A DNA stretch of 63,486 bases, counting the filler, from Octopus bimaculoides (Eukaryota), in assembly GCF_001194135.2 (NCBI RefSeq). It is 10 parts of 7 records of this genome, joined end to end, with 100 filler letters (N's around TTAATTAATTAA, not from the genome) between each part and the next. Parts side by side here need not be neighbours in the genome. Positions count along the whole stretch, not along the records: positions 58,672 to 63,486 come from NC_068988.1; 9 more parts are not named here. One strand, given 5' to 3'. This document shows positions 61,995-63,486 of the stretch, one piece after another. The stretch's first letter is position 1; every line of letters starts with the position of its first letter. The position numbers and the translations under genes were made by a program. The notes beneath the pieces are model-generated. The model was given only the letters and a program-made list of their open reading frames with translations, was not told where the DNA came from and did not search any database.

Positions 61995-62154
61995 CTCTTT
62001 ACTCTTTTACTCTTTTATTTGTTTCAGTCATTTGACTGCGGCCATGCTGGAGCACCGCCTTTAGTCGAGCAAATCGACCCCAGGACTTATTCTTTGGAAG
62101 CCTAGTACTTATTCTATCGGTCTCTTTTGCCGAACCGCTAAGTTACGGGGACGT
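61995..62154 (-). mobile_element. SINE family A, young 3' half, runs into gap
   Basis: ctcttttactctttt...gtttcagtcatttgactgcggccatgctggagcaccgcctttagtcgagcaaatcgaccccaggac. Confidence 0.9.
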
Positions 62155-62678
62155 NNNNNNNNNNNNNNNNNNNNNNNNNNNNNNNNNNNNNNNNNNNNNN
62201 NNNNNNNNNNNNNNNNNNNNNNNNNNNNNNNNNNNNNNNNNNNNNNNNNNNNNNNNNNNNNNNNNNNNNNNNNNNNNNNNNNNNNNNNNNNNNNNNNNNN
62301 NNNNNNNNNNNNNNNNNNNNNNNNNNNNNNNNNNNNNNNNNNNNNNNNNNNNNNNNNNNNNNNNNNNNNNNNNNNNNNNNNNNNNNNNNNNNNNNNNNNN
62401 NNNNNNNNNNNNNNNNNNNNNNNNNNNNNNNNNNNNNNNNNNNNNNNNNNNNNNNNNNNNNNNNNNNNNNNNNNNNNNNNNNNNNNNNNNNNNNNNNNNN
62501 NNNNNNNNNNNNNNNNNNNNNNNNNNNNNNNNNNNNNNNNNNNNNNNNNNNNNNNNNNNGGTAATTGTTTTTTAAAAAAATAGTAATTTATAGAGCAATG
62601 GATGTGAAAGTGGTAAGAGCGCTGATCACAAACTGTATTTATAAAAAGCCCTTCAGAAAATTCGTACCTACAATCGTT

Positions 62679-62820
62679 GGCGCAGGAGTGGCAGTGTGGT
62701 AAGTAGCTTGTTTACCAACCACATGGTTCCGGGTTCATTCCCTCTGCGAGGCACCTCGGCCGACCAAAGCCTTGTGAGTGGATTTGGTAGGCGGAAACTG
62801 AAAGAAGCCTGTCGTATATA
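62679..62820 (+). mobile_element. SINE family A, 5' half with internal deletion, ending in TA/TG tract
   Basis: ggcgcaggagtggcagtgtggtaagtag...gcacctcggccgaccaaagcc (the gggcaagtgtcttctactatagc segment is missing). Confidence 0.9.
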
Positions 62821-62824
62821 TGTG

Positions 62825-62855
<31 letters not shown>

Positions 62856-63049
62856 ATATGTCTTGTAACAAAAACACCTGTCCACAGTTTTCGTCTTGTC
62901 TGCAGATATTCAGATTGTTTTGTTTATTGTTTTTGTTTTTTTATCAATGATATGTCAATTTAGGTAAAATTCTTTATTCTTGAGATTTTCTCCTATTTTC
63001 TTTTGATATATGGTCCCAATTTCTACCAAGTGATTTTTCAACGTAAACT

Positions 63050-63245
63050 GTATTATAGCGGTTCGGCAGAAAGAGATCGATGGGAAAAGCACCAAGAAGT
63101 ACTTATTTTATCAGGACAAATCGACGTTTGTACTTAGAGTTAGTACCGGGATCGATTTATACGACTAAACCCTTCAAGTTGGTGCCCCAGCATGGACGCT
63201 GCAGACCACTGACTAGAAACAAGTAAAAGAGTAAAAGATGAAAGA
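63050..63245 (+). mobile_element. SINE family A, old 3' half
   Basis: tagcggttcggcagaaagagatcgat...gggatcgatttatacgactaaacccttcaag...ccagcatgg. Confidence 0.65.
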
Positions 63246-63486
63246 GAATGGTGGACGATAGGAGAAAGTTAGGTTCAATCCGAAGAACTGGACCGAATAT
63301 TCGTAGCATTATCCAAGAACCGAGAGGTGAACAAATACAAGGCAACTTAGATAGATAGATAGATAGATACAACGAGAGGAGAAGGAGAGAGGGAGGGAGA
63401 GATAGATATCTTTTTATTATAGCCACACAGGGCTAAATACAGAAAATGGACAAATTACAAAGTAGAGCTTTTCTTGGGGGGGGGAT

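Overview
AT-rich, microsatellite-dense, gap-ridden eukaryotic scaffold segment. The SINE/LINE families look like a coleoid cephalopod (octopus-type) genome; this is an inference from repeat content, not a database result. There is no sign of a prokaryotic operon, CRISPR array or defence system. Almost all ORFs in the supplied track are artefacts of simple repeats or N runs. The only convincing host coding sequence is two small + strand exons (46469-46594, 47581-47644) of a ceramide-kinase-family (CERK/CERKL-like, DAGK-catalytic domain) gene, so much of the window is probably its intronic DNA. The rest is a transposon graveyard: three abundant tRNA-headed SINE families (here A, B, C), a same-strand cluster of R4/Dong-type RLE LINE pieces sitting in (AAT)n tracts, two mariner elements, a Helitron remnant joined to an R4 RT fragment, and Penelope-like remnants. 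The most notable signals are (i) short elements carrying minimal hammerhead-ribozyme-like motifs with covarying stems, abutting (TA)n tracts and including an inverted pair, (ii) the self-seeding (AAT)n-targeted R4 cluster, (iii) a recurrent SINE-B dimer junction and (iv) a GTCG-loop-CGAC hairpin shared by three SINE families. Repeat boundaries were read by eye and are approximate (about +/-20 bp) unless splice sites or TIRs define them.
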